DNA from: Euryarchaeota archaeon UBA552 | GTDB taxonomy: Archaea; Thermoplasmatota; Poseidoniia; Poseidoniales; Thalassarchaeaceae | Assembly (NCBI GenBank): GCA_002499585.1 | Contig: DAMH01000002.1 | Span: 32,147 to 96,146, forward strand | Direction of reading: 5' to 3' | DNA length: 64,000 bases | In this document: piece by piece, positions 27,916 through 35,877 of the stretch | How positions within the stretch are numbered: the stretch's first letter is position 1 | Layout of the letters: every line of letters begins with the position of its first letter | Translations under genes and position numbers: made by a program | The notes under the pieces: generated by a model | Told to the model about the DNA's origin: nothing | The model's input: only the letters and a program-made list of their open reading frames with translations | The model's database searches: none

Positions 27916-28446
27916 ATGGTTTCCACCTACCTGTATGTTGACGGGTCATGCAGGGAAAATAGGAACGTAAACAGCGAAACAATCGCGGGTTGGGGTGTCT
28001 GCGTTGTTAAGGGAGACTCTGGTACTGGTAAAGGACAAGGGGAAATAGTCAGGGAGATGAGTGGCCGAGTCATAACTGATCCGGATTCATCGGAGTACAT
28101 CGGAGCATTGGTTGGATCCAACAATACTGCTGAGCTAACTGCAATTGCCCATGCACTTAGATGGATCCTTATCGACGGAAAAAACGATTCTGTAACAATA
28201 AAATCTGATTCGCAGTACGCGTCCAATCTAACCTCCGGACTATGGAAACCCAAAGCGAATAAGGAGTTAGTGACGAGGGTAAGGAGATTATGGTTGGAGT
28301 GCCAATCTATTAGATCAGTCAGAATAGAGCACATAAGGGCGCACAGAGGCCACAGGTGGAACGAACGTGCCGACCATCTCGCCTTCAGAGCCATGGAAGG
28401 CAGGAACCCCGAGCCTTTGCAATTTTGGAAGCCCGGCTCTCGCTAG
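27916..28446 (+). CDS. rnhA: Ribonuclease HI
   Basis: DEDD catalytic pattern (VDGSC, NNTAELTA, KSDSQY, HRGHRWNERADHLA). Confidence 0.85.
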   Translation: MVSTYLYVDGSCRENRNVNSETIAGWGVCVVKGDSGTGKGQGEIVREMSGRVITDPDSSEYIGALVGSNNTAELTAIAHALRWILIDGKNDSVTIKSDSQYASNLTSGLWKPKANKELVTRVRRLWLECQSIRSVRIEHIRAHRGHRWNERADHLAFRAMEGRNPEPLQFWKPGSR

Positions 28447-28851
28447 TTAGGATTCCCTCAAATAACCTACACTTAGCAGCGCATATGTACCTTGAAGTAT
28501 CATCAAACATCCAATTAAATTCAGAATGAGACCGCCTGCAGGGGGTATGGAAATTTGCTCCGCAAAGGTCCATGTAAATGCAATAGTTAGAAATCCAGAT
28601 ACAGTAATCCTCAATCCACTTCCCCGGACATCTTTCCAGAGATTTAGCCATGGAACAATACCATATGTTTCAAATTTCCATTTGTACCAAGCAATGTAAA
28701 TCAGTGAAATTGAGATTAACCCGGTGACTCCCACAGAGAAGGAAGCATCGTTCCACGGACCGGCCGGCGCCTTTTCTAAGAACAATACATTCGCCATCAA
28801 AATCCCGCCTAAAATCAGAGGAATCCCCCATGACGAAGAGGAACCGTTCAT
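28447..28851 (-). CDS. Membrane protein, unknown function
   Basis: 134 aa with 4 hydrophobic helices; ATG start. Confidence 0.5.
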   Translation of the reverse strand: MNGSSSSWGIPLILGGILMANVLFLEKAPAGPWNDASFSVGVTGLISISLIYIAWYKWKFETYGIVPWLNLWKDVRGSGLRITVSGFLTIAFTWTFAEQISIPPAGGLILNLIGCLMILQGTYALLSVGYLRES

Positions 28852-28937
28852 GCCCGTCGGTATGCGGCTTAGTTCATGACATCACGGGTCGAGGGGGCAT
28901 AACGGACATTCATACGGTAATCAGTTGGTCCACGCAC

Positions 28938-29216
28938 ATGCGGGACATATTAGCTCCATTGCATGATCACAAAGGGCGCAGGACCCCGAGTGAAGCCTCA
29001 AGGGCTTATTTCTTGTTGGTAATGGTCATGAGTGTTACAGTGGGCTATAATGCCGCAAAGGGAAACCTCCTTCTTGGAGCAGCATGCAGCCTCGGGATAG
29101 CAACAATGCTCCTGAATGTGGGTTGGCTGATCCTAAATACCATCGGAGAGACCAGAACCTCAGTCGCCTTGACAGGAGCAGTTACCCGCATGAATGATAT
29201 GGATGAAGAGGAATAA
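28938..29216 (+). CDS. Small membrane protein, unknown function
   Basis: Two TM helices and an acidic tail. Start uncertain: the ORF opens at 28830 but overlaps the opposite gene, with an internal ATG at 28938. Confidence 0.3.
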   Translation: MRDILAPLHDHKGRRTPSEASRAYFLLVMVMSVTVGYNAAKGNLLLGAACSLGIATMLLNVGWLILNTIGETRTSVALTGAVTRMNDMDEEE

Positions 29217-29222
29217 CCTCCC

Positions 29223-29675
29223 ATGATCGTGCAGTACCGTTGGCTTGATTCCCTCGATGATGCTCACATTGATCTAAGATTCCGAGTCCTGAGAATCGGA
29301 AGACCCAAGAAAACAGCTCTATATCCGGGAATTGACGATGATCCCAGAACTAAATTCATCGGGGCTTTCTTGGGAGCTAAGATGGTTGGATGTGCCACGA
29401 TACAGTACGACCCCAAAGCCGATGCAAGATTAAGGATAAGAGGCATGGCAGTAGATTCTGAATATAGAAACAGGGGAATCGGATCAAAAATAGTTCGAAT
29501 GATTCAAAATTATGCAGAGGAAATGGAAACAGGATTGTGGTGCAACGCGAGGATTAAAGCCGTCACGATGTATCAACGCGCTGGCTTCAATATCACTTCA
29601 GATCTTTTTGAAATAGAGAGTGTCGGACCCCATTTTGAGGTTCGATGGAACCCAAATAATAGAGTTACGGAATGA
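29223..29675 (+). CDS. GNAT-family N-acetyltransferase
   Basis: Acetyl-CoA motif A (RNRGIGSKIV) and a YQRAGF C-terminal motif. Confidence 0.75.
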   Translation: MIVQYRWLDSLDDAHIDLRFRVLRIGRPKKTALYPGIDDDPRTKFIGAFLGAKMVGCATIQYDPKADARLRIRGMAVDSEYRNRGIGSKIVRMIQNYAEEMETGLWCNARIKAVTMYQRAGFNITSDLFEIESVGPHFEVRWNPNNRVTE

Positions 29676-29683
29676 GTTGAATT

Positions 29684-30109
29684 ATGGCTAAAATAAGTTC
29701 AGAAACACTAGAAAAATACCAGATCGGTGCGATGATGGAGAGAGTGAACAGCGTACCAATGATGCACACCCTCAATTTGGAAATTACAGGATTGGAGCAT
29801 GGGGAATGTACTGCGAGGGTCCCAAGAGAAAAGAAATGGGATGGCATCTACCAGACCATGCATGGCGGCATACTCGCAACCATCGCTGACTCGGTTACAT
29901 GCTGGGCCATACTGACTGTGATCGGTGCTAGTCAAAAGGTTGCAACAACGGATTTCAACATAAGATTCCTGAGACCCTGCCTCACGGATGCAATGTGTAA
30001 GGCAAGGGTTGTAAAGATCGGTAAGCGACTGTGCGTAGCTGAAGCAGACATATTTGACGTTGAAGGCAAAAAAGTCGCTGTTGCCCAAGCGACATACGCG
30101 AGGATCTGA
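29684..30109 (+). CDS. PaaI/hotdog-fold thioesterase
   Basis: HGGILATIADSV motif, about 140 aa. Confidence 0.75.
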   Translation: MAKISSETLEKYQIGAMMERVNSVPMMHTLNLEITGLEHGECTARVPREKKWDGIYQTMHGGILATIADSVTCWAILTVIGASQKVATTDFNIRFLRPCLTDAMCKARVVKIGKRLCVAEADIFDVEGKKVAVAQATYARI

Positions 30110-30153
30110 GTGGAAGGCCGATCTAAGTGACCATTAGATATGTGAAATTTAGT

Positions 30154-30227
30154 TGGAGCACGAGCCGGGATTTGCACCCGGGTCCACGGATCTGCAGTCC
30201 GTTGCATAGCTACTCTGCCACTCGTGC
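30154..30227 (-). tRNA. tRNA-Cys (anticodon GCA), CCA encoded
   Basis: Hand-folded. 7-bp acceptor (GCACGAG/CUCGUGC), discriminator U, anticodon arm ACGGA-CUGCAGA-UCCGU, T arm CCGGG-UGCAAAU-CCCGG. The D stem has 3 bp plus a G:A mismatch. D and T loops are non-canonical (see findings). Confidence 0.8.
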
Positions 30228-30308
30228 CTAAACCTCCCAGCATACTTTTCGGTTTCAACACTTCCCGACTAAAGATTTCTCTGCTCGCCAAAGAATACCT
30301 TCTTGGGC

Positions 30309-31478
30309 ATGAAGCAGAACCACATCATCATGCCCGGCGTCGCTACCCGGTTCGATGACCTCGGAGTTGGTTTCGCTCCTTACCTTCAACCACCACCGGA
30401 GGGTGTGATTAGATGGACGGTGGGAGAGCCTGGATTCGAGACCCCAGACCCAGTAATTTCTACTGCAATCAGCGAACTCAAGGCAGGAAAGACGAAATAT
30501 ACTCGTGGTCAAGGCTCCATCAAACTGTGTGAGGCCGTTTCGTCCCATCTAATGAGTACCAGCGGGATATCATACTCCTCAGAAAACATAGTGATAACAC
30601 CGGGTGCTAAGCAAGCCTTGTTGTATGCATACATGACTACTCTGAATCCCGGTGATGAAGCGATATTGCTGACGCCGTGCTGGGCAAGTTATGAACCGAT
30701 GATTTCCATCATAGGAGCCACTCCAGTCAACATTCCCGTTAACCGCACTAATTTTCATCCCGATATCGGCGCAATCCGCTCCGCTGTGACCGACAAAACT
30801 CGGTCGATAATGGTCAATTCACCATGCAATCCAACTGGGGCAGTGTACACCAGACAGGAAATAGAAGAGATAGTTGCGATTGCAGTCGAACACGACCTAT
30901 GGATAATTTCCGATGAAATATACTCTCGATTGATTTGGAATGGAACTGACCATGTCTCTCCTGCAACCATTGAAGGAGGATTAGATAGAACCATAGTTAT
31001 CAGTGGATGGTCAAAAACATGGGCGATGACAGGAATGAGAATAGGTTTCCTTGCTGGCCCCTCTAATGCGGCAAAGGCCGCGGTAAAATGTCAGGCAAAT
31101 TCAGCATCACACGTCCCCACATTCATGATGGAGGCTGCCAGGGCAGCACTAGATTGCGATGATTATGTGGATGATTTTGCCGATGCTTATCGTAAAAGAA
31201 GAGATATGATGCTTAGAGGCCTTGGTGATATACCGGGACTAAGGATCGTAGACCCGGAAGGAGCCTTCTATCTATTTGTAGACGTAACTGGAACAGGAAT
31301 GACCGATGTAGAATTTGCAGACAGGGCATTGGAGGCGGGAGTGCAACTAATTCCAGCTTCCCTTATCACCCACGGTGAGGGGTTTGTCAGAATCTCATAT
31401 GCCGCACCAGAAGAGGATATCAAAGAGGGAATTTCAAGATTGAGATTATGGCTACTAGGTGATTCAAAAACCGACTGA
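30309..31478 (+). CDS. Class I/II pyridoxal-phosphate aminotransferase (aspartate aminotransferase-like)
   Basis: SGWSKTWAMTGMRIGF (PLP lysine), NSPCNPTG. The track start at 30303 is TTG; ATG at 30309. Confidence 0.9.
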   Translation: MKQNHIIMPGVATRFDDLGVGFAPYLQPPPEGVIRWTVGEPGFETPDPVISTAISELKAGKTKYTRGQGSIKLCEAVSSHLMSTSGISYSSENIVITPGAKQALLYAYMTTLNPGDEAILLTPCWASYEPMISIIGATPVNIPVNRTNFHPDIGAIRSAVTDKTRSIMVNSPCNPTGAVYTRQEIEEIVAIAVEHDLWIISDEIYSRLIWNGTDHVSPATIEGGLDRTIVISGWSKTWAMTGMRIGFLAGPSNAAKAAVKCQANSASHVPTFMMEAARAALDCDDYVDDFADAYRKRRDMMLRGLGDIPGLRIVDPEGAFYLFVDVTGTGMTDVEFADRALEAGVQLIPASLITHGEGFVRISYAAPEEDIKEGISRLRLWLLGDSKTD

Positions 31479-31592
31479 CCAACACTCAACCCAAATCAAA
31501 TGACATTGGGCTCGAAATTCACATCTGTGGATGCCTCAGGAGACTTAACAAGAGAATTCCGATAAGGTACCACTAATTCTGGGGAGTCTGTC

Positions 31593-31985
31593 ATGGTCAA
31601 TGCGCACGGCAAGCATGTATTTGCAGATTATACCGGATATCAATACGATGACAAATCAGATGGAGAAAAAATTCTGGAAATTATCCTTGAAGGTGTAGAA
31701 GAGGCGGAAGTGAGACAGGTTCATTCGCATGTTGAGGAGTTTGATGGAGACCTCTCACCACCAGGATTTGCCGCTGTCGTTTTGATAGATGAATCCCATG
31801 TCACTGCCCATTGTTATTATGACAATGGCTGGCTTGCAGTCGATGCATTCACATGCGGCGGCGGTAACCCGGACTTAATTATCGATCACATTCAAGCCCG
31901 GTTGGAGGAGAAGATGCCGAGTCTGAGGTTAATGAGGAGGGAAACAGTATCTCGATTCCTTCACGACCGTAGTGATTCAAAGTAA
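31593..31985 (+). CDS. speH: S-adenosylmethionine decarboxylase proenzyme (SpeH/archaeal-bacterial small type)
   Basis: Self-processing ES motif (LIDESHVTAHCY) and FTCG motif, 130 aa. Confidence 0.8.
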   Translation: MVNAHGKHVFADYTGYQYDDKSDGEKILEIILEGVEEAEVRQVHSHVEEFDGDLSPPGFAAVVLIDESHVTAHCYYDNGWLAVDAFTCGGGNPDLIIDHIQARLEEKMPSLRLMRRETVSRFLHDRSDSK

Positions 31986-32002
31986 TAACGAGGGAATCGA
32001 TA

Positions 32003-32947
32003 ATGAGGGACTTCATCCAACGTCATTTCAAACATTTCAACGCCGGTGCATTAGCAGACTGCATAGAATCATTGAGGGACTTCTTGGATAATGGCGGCCG
32101 ATTAATGATCACACTAGCAGGAGCCATGTCAACGGCCAAGATAGGAAGATCTCTTGCTCCGGCCATAAGATCTCAGAAAATCCATGCAATATGTTGCACA
32201 GGCGCTAATCTCGAGGAGGATTTGTTCAATTTGGTCGCTAGCTCAGATTATGAGCGGATTCCAAATTGGCGGGAAATTACCCCTAAAGAGGATAATGAAC
32301 TTCACATGCGAGGAATGAACAGAGTAACGGATGTAGCAATACCGGAATTGGAGGCTGTCAGATACGTCGAAGAGAAAATACTACCGCTATGGAAGGACGC
32401 TGAAGCGGCTCAAGACAGGAGATTCCCGCACGAGTATATTTACGACTTGATATTACACGGTGATTTGGAATTCGATATTAACCCAGAAGACTCATGGTTG
32501 GTTGCTGCTGCAGATGCGAACTTACCGATATTCACCCCCGGATGGGAGGATTCAACCCTCGGAAACATATTGGTGGCACGGGTCATTGATCTGACCATAG
32601 CATCTCAAGACATAGTATTGGGAGGATTGCATGCAATGCAAGCACTGGCTGATTGGTATCGGGAGGATGACTCTCCGACAGGGCTCCTCCAGATAGGAGG
32701 AGGCATAGCAGGCGATTTCCCGATATGTGTAGTCCCAATGCTACGGCAAGATGTCGGCATCGAGGTTGATCTTTGGTCATGGTTCGCTCAAATTTCGGAA
32801 TCTAGGCCCTCATTTGGAGGATACTCCGGGGCACCGACCTCTGAGAAAATAAGTTGGGGTAAGATTTCTCCCAGCACACCTACGTTTGTAGTGGAGTCAG
32901 ACGCCACACTAGTGCTCCCCCTAATTCTGGAATCCATTTTGGAATAG
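32003..32947 (+). CDS. dys: Deoxyhypusine synthase
   Basis: DHS-like motifs (TLAGAMSTA, CCTGANLEEDL, GGGIAGDF), 314 aa. Confidence 0.8.
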   Translation: MRDFIQRHFKHFNAGALADCIESLRDFLDNGGRLMITLAGAMSTAKIGRSLAPAIRSQKIHAICCTGANLEEDLFNLVASSDYERIPNWREITPKEDNELHMRGMNRVTDVAIPELEAVRYVEEKILPLWKDAEAAQDRRFPHEYIYDLILHGDLEFDINPEDSWLVAAADANLPIFTPGWEDSTLGNILVARVIDLTIASQDIVLGGLHAMQALADWYREDDSPTGLLQIGGGIAGDFPICVVPMLRQDVGIEVDLWSWFAQISESRPSFGGYSGAPTSEKISWGKISPSTPTFVVESDATLVLPLILESILE

Positions 32948-32955
32948 CCAAGTGT

Positions 32956-34206
32956 CTAATGTAATTTAGAATATGGGAGACCATGCTCTTCAATCCTTAG
33001 AAGTTGATTGTATTTGGAGGTACGATCCGATCTGGCTGGAGCACCGGTTTTTATCCAACCACAAGCAGTTCCCACTGATAAATCTGCAATTATGGAGTCG
33101 GAGGTCTCACCAGAGCGATGCGACATGATACAATCGAACCCTGATTCGCCCGCAATCCGCATTACCTCCAGAGTCTCACTTACAGTTCCAATTTGATTCG
33201 GTTTTATCAGAATAGAGTTTGATGCATTATTTGAAATCCCTTTTTTCAGCCTTTCGGGATTGGTCACGTATAGGTCATCTCCGACGATGCGCACACTGTG
33301 GCCCATGTTTGTGAACGATATCCAGGATTCCCAATCGTCTTCATCAAATGGGTCTTCAATCGATATTAATGGATAACAATCAATCCACTCAGAGTAAATC
33401 GAGGACAGTTCATCCCCGTCAATCAACCTCCCGTCAAAAGAGTACTTCCCATCTTCAAAAAATTCTGTAGCAGCAACATCTAATGCAATCCCAATCTCCT
33501 TCGAAGTCGAATACCCTGCTCTCTCAATGGCCTCCACCAAGAGCTTGAGTCCGTCTTCATTCTCTTTCAGTGATGGCGCGAATCCACCTTCGTCACCTAT
33601 CCCACATAACAGACCACGTTCTTTGAGCCCCGTCATTAGGGCCTGATACGTTTCCGTTCCGGCACGAAGTGCTGTCCTGAAGTCCGAGAATCCATATGGC
33701 ACAACCATGAATTCTTGAACATCCACATCTGTTGATGCATGGGCTCCACCGTTTAGAATATTCATCAATGGTATGGGTAACTTAGCATCTCCCCACCCAC
33801 CGGGTATCGAACTCCATACTGGTAAATTCCTCATTGCCGATGACGCTCTCAGAACCGCCATCGAGCATCCCAACAACGAATTTGCGCCAAGGTTTCCCTT
33901 GTTCAGGGTACCATCCGCCTCAATCAAAATCCTATCAACTTCCGACTGATCGTGAACATCGAGTCCTATGAGTGCAGGCCTCAATGATTCGTTTACATTC
34001 GTAACTGATTTTTCAACTCCAGCTCCTCCCCACATATTCCCTCCGTCACGAAGCTCAACCGCTTCGTGTGAACCTGTGCTGGCTCCAGAGGGTACTGCCG
34101 CCCGGCCGGCCAGACCACCTTCCACAAAACAATCCACTTCCACGGTGGGGCGTCCTCTGGAGTCGAGTATGGAGCGAGCGAATATGTCAGTAATCAGGTC
34201 TGCCAC
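32956..34206 (-). CDS. eno: Enolase
   Basis: ILDSRGRPTVEV, SHRSGETSD, IKPNQIGT, GDDLYVTN. Apparent GTG start. Confidence 0.95.
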   Translation of the reverse strand: MADLITDIFARSILDSRGRPTVEVDCFVEGGLAGRAAVPSGASTGSHEAVELRDGGNMWGGAGVEKSVTNVNESLRPALIGLDVHDQSEVDRILIEADGTLNKGNLGANSLLGCSMAVLRASSAMRNLPVWSSIPGGWGDAKLPIPLMNILNGGAHASTDVDVQEFMVVPYGFSDFRTALRAGTETYQALMTGLKERGLLCGIGDEGGFAPSLKENEDGLKLLVEAIERAGYSTSKEIGIALDVAATEFFEDGKYSFDGRLIDGDELSSIYSEWIDCYPLISIEDPFDEDDWESWISFTNMGHSVRIVGDDLYVTNPERLKKGISNNASNSILIKPNQIGTVSETLEVMRIAGESGFDCIMSHRSGETSDSIIADLSVGTACGWIKTGAPARSDRTSKYNQLLRIEEHGLPYSKLH

Positions 34207-34248
34207 ACCCGACCCGTGAGGTGGACGATCTGTGAAGATTCCTGATGA

Positions 34249-34683
34249 TCACGTATTCAACCAACCGAGCCATTTTGCAACTGCAGATTGCAGCGATGGG
34301 ACCTCTAGTTCAGATCTACAGCACCTTTCCCAACACAGTTGCTCTTGTGAGGGGTAGATTGAGAAGAGTTCTGCTTTCAAAAGAATTCCATCTTCTTGGG
34401 AGTTACGTCTACGATAATCGTCGACGAAACAATGAAGCAAGTTTTTCGGGAAATGGTGCATCATTGATGTCTTAGGACAACAAAGAAGGGCACTTTTATC
34501 CAAGAACAAAAGAGAGGATCCGTCTGCATCGTTTATTTCATGTCCGAGAATTTCAGAATTTTGAAGAATAGCTGCAACATCGATGTTATACCAATCGAAT
34601 TGTGATTTTGTCAGTGGTAGATTTGATAATTCATCGAGATATTCCTGGATTCGGCCATGACTGGACTGCGGAGTATCGCGCAT
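34249..34683 (-). CDS. Hypothetical protein (Cys-rich C-terminal half)
   Basis: 144-aa ORF directly upstream of eno on the same strand. No motif recognised. Confidence 0.4.
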   Translation of the reverse strand: MRDTPQSSHGRIQEYLDELSNLPLTKSQFDWYNIDVAAILQNSEILGHEINDADGSSLLFLDKSALLCCPKTSMMHHFPKNLLHCFVDDYRRRNSQEDGILLKAELFSIYPSQEQLCWERCCRSELEVPSLQSAVAKWLGWLNT

Positions 34684-34825
34684 TGTTTTTTCTTAACCGT
34701 CGGGTGATATGAACTCAACCAGTGACAATTTTTGCGATTCATTACACTAATAGATCAAAAAAAAATGTTTTATTTACATATTATGAAACCAATGAACATA
34801 AAAGTAACATTATTCAGGAAATATC

Positions 34826-35248
34826 ATGACACAAGTAGATTCACTCGACAGAGCAATACTTTCAGTTCTCCGTGACCAAGGAAGATCCTCCTATGTTCAA
34901 ATTGCCACGGACACAGGTGTCACGGAAAGGACAGTCAGGGCTAGGATGAAAAGACTAGAGGAAGAGGGCATCATTCGTGGATATACGATCAGAGAAACCG
35001 GCATAGGACTGTCGGCACTCGTAAGACTGAGCGTGGGTCCGGGTATTGAGATCGGTACACTAGCAGGAGAGTACGCTAGCTGGGATGGCATCGAGTCGGT
35101 GTACGAGATCAGCGGTGATGCCGACCTGATAGTTCTCGCTCATGTTGATGACACCGTGGCACTGAGGGAATTGTTGGATAGAATATGGCTGAGTGCTCCG
35201 GGCAGCATAATATCCACAAGGACAGAACTCGTCTTGGAACAGTACTGA
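34826..35248 (+). CDS. Lrp/AsnC-family transcriptional regulator
   Basis: N-terminal HTH (LDRAILSVLRDQGRSSYVQIATDTGVTERTVRARMKRLEEEGII) plus a RAM-like C-domain. AT-rich TATA-like upstream region. Confidence 0.85.
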   Translation: MTQVDSLDRAILSVLRDQGRSSYVQIATDTGVTERTVRARMKRLEEEGIIRGYTIRETGIGLSALVRLSVGPGIEIGTLAGEYASWDGIESVYEISGDADLIVLAHVDDTVALRELLDRIWLSAPGSIISTRTELVLEQY

Positions 35249-35307
35249 TGCCTTTGGAAAATAAGGTCCTACAACAGCCGGAAAATGTTGGTTAGAGGGT
35301 AGAAAAA

Positions 35308-35862
35308 CTAATTCTTCCATTTTACAGAGCAGCCAATGCTATCTGTTCGAGGCACTGAAATCCTCTGTCCTGACACGTACTCTCTTATGGCATCTGCCAG
35401 CTCGGAGGTACTCGCACTAGATGGATCTCTGGGAGAGTCATCTAGTCGACCTCGGTAGATGACATTCCCTTCATTGGATACGAGGTAGAACTCTGGTGTC
35501 CTTTCGGCCCCGTAAGAGGCCGCCACATGCTGGCTTGCATCATGGAGGTACGGATACGACATCCCCTTTTCTGCTCTTTTTACCATGTTTTCCCAATTAT
35601 CTGTTGGATATTTTTCTGGATCATTAGAGTTTATACCAATGAATCCTAACCCGGATGCCCTTGCCATCTCGGCAACTTCCTCGATCCTGCCTTCTGATGC
35701 GACAACATAAGGACAGTGATTGCAAGTGAACATGATTACTCCCCCTCCATCGGCCACCACATTCTTGAGATCAACGTCAGATCCACCGACTTTTTCATTG
35801 GCATTTGATAAGTTGAATTCTGGGGCAATGTCGCCAGGCTCTACTCCGCGCCTCGTTTGCAT
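35308..35862 (-). CDS. Thioredoxin-fold protein (AhpC/TSA-like, CxxC)
   Basis: FTCNHCPYV active-site motif, about 180 aa. Confidence 0.7.
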   Translation of the reverse strand: MQTRRGVEPGDIAPEFNLSNANEKVGGSDVDLKNVVADGGGVIMFTCNHCPYVVASEGRIEEVAEMARASGLGFIGINSNDPEKYPTDNWENMVKRAEKGMSYPYLHDASQHVAASYGAERTPEFYLVSNEGNVIYRGRLDDSPRDPSSASTSELADAIREYVSGQRISVPRTDSIGCSVKWKN

Positions 35863-35877
35863 GATGCTTGGTGAGCA

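Noticed and set aside
27927-28394. Long antisense ORFs. These are 155 aa opposite rnhA, and also 55374-56105 (243 aa), 38621-39160 (179 aa), 18476-18946 (156 aa), 51945-52433 (162 aa), 13946-14371 (141 aa) and 63178-63666 (162 aa)
   Set aside because: Each lies fully inside a gene whose sense-strand product has clear family motifs. Their translations are low-complexity (S/P/L/R-rich). They are best explained as stop-codon-poor shadow frames.
28447-31478. tRNA-Cys as an integration site for a genomic island (small membrane, GNAT and thioesterase genes nearby)
   Set aside because: No integrase or recombinase, and no direct repeat of the tRNA 3' half seen in the neighbourhood. The flanking genes are ordinary housekeeping or accessory enzymes.
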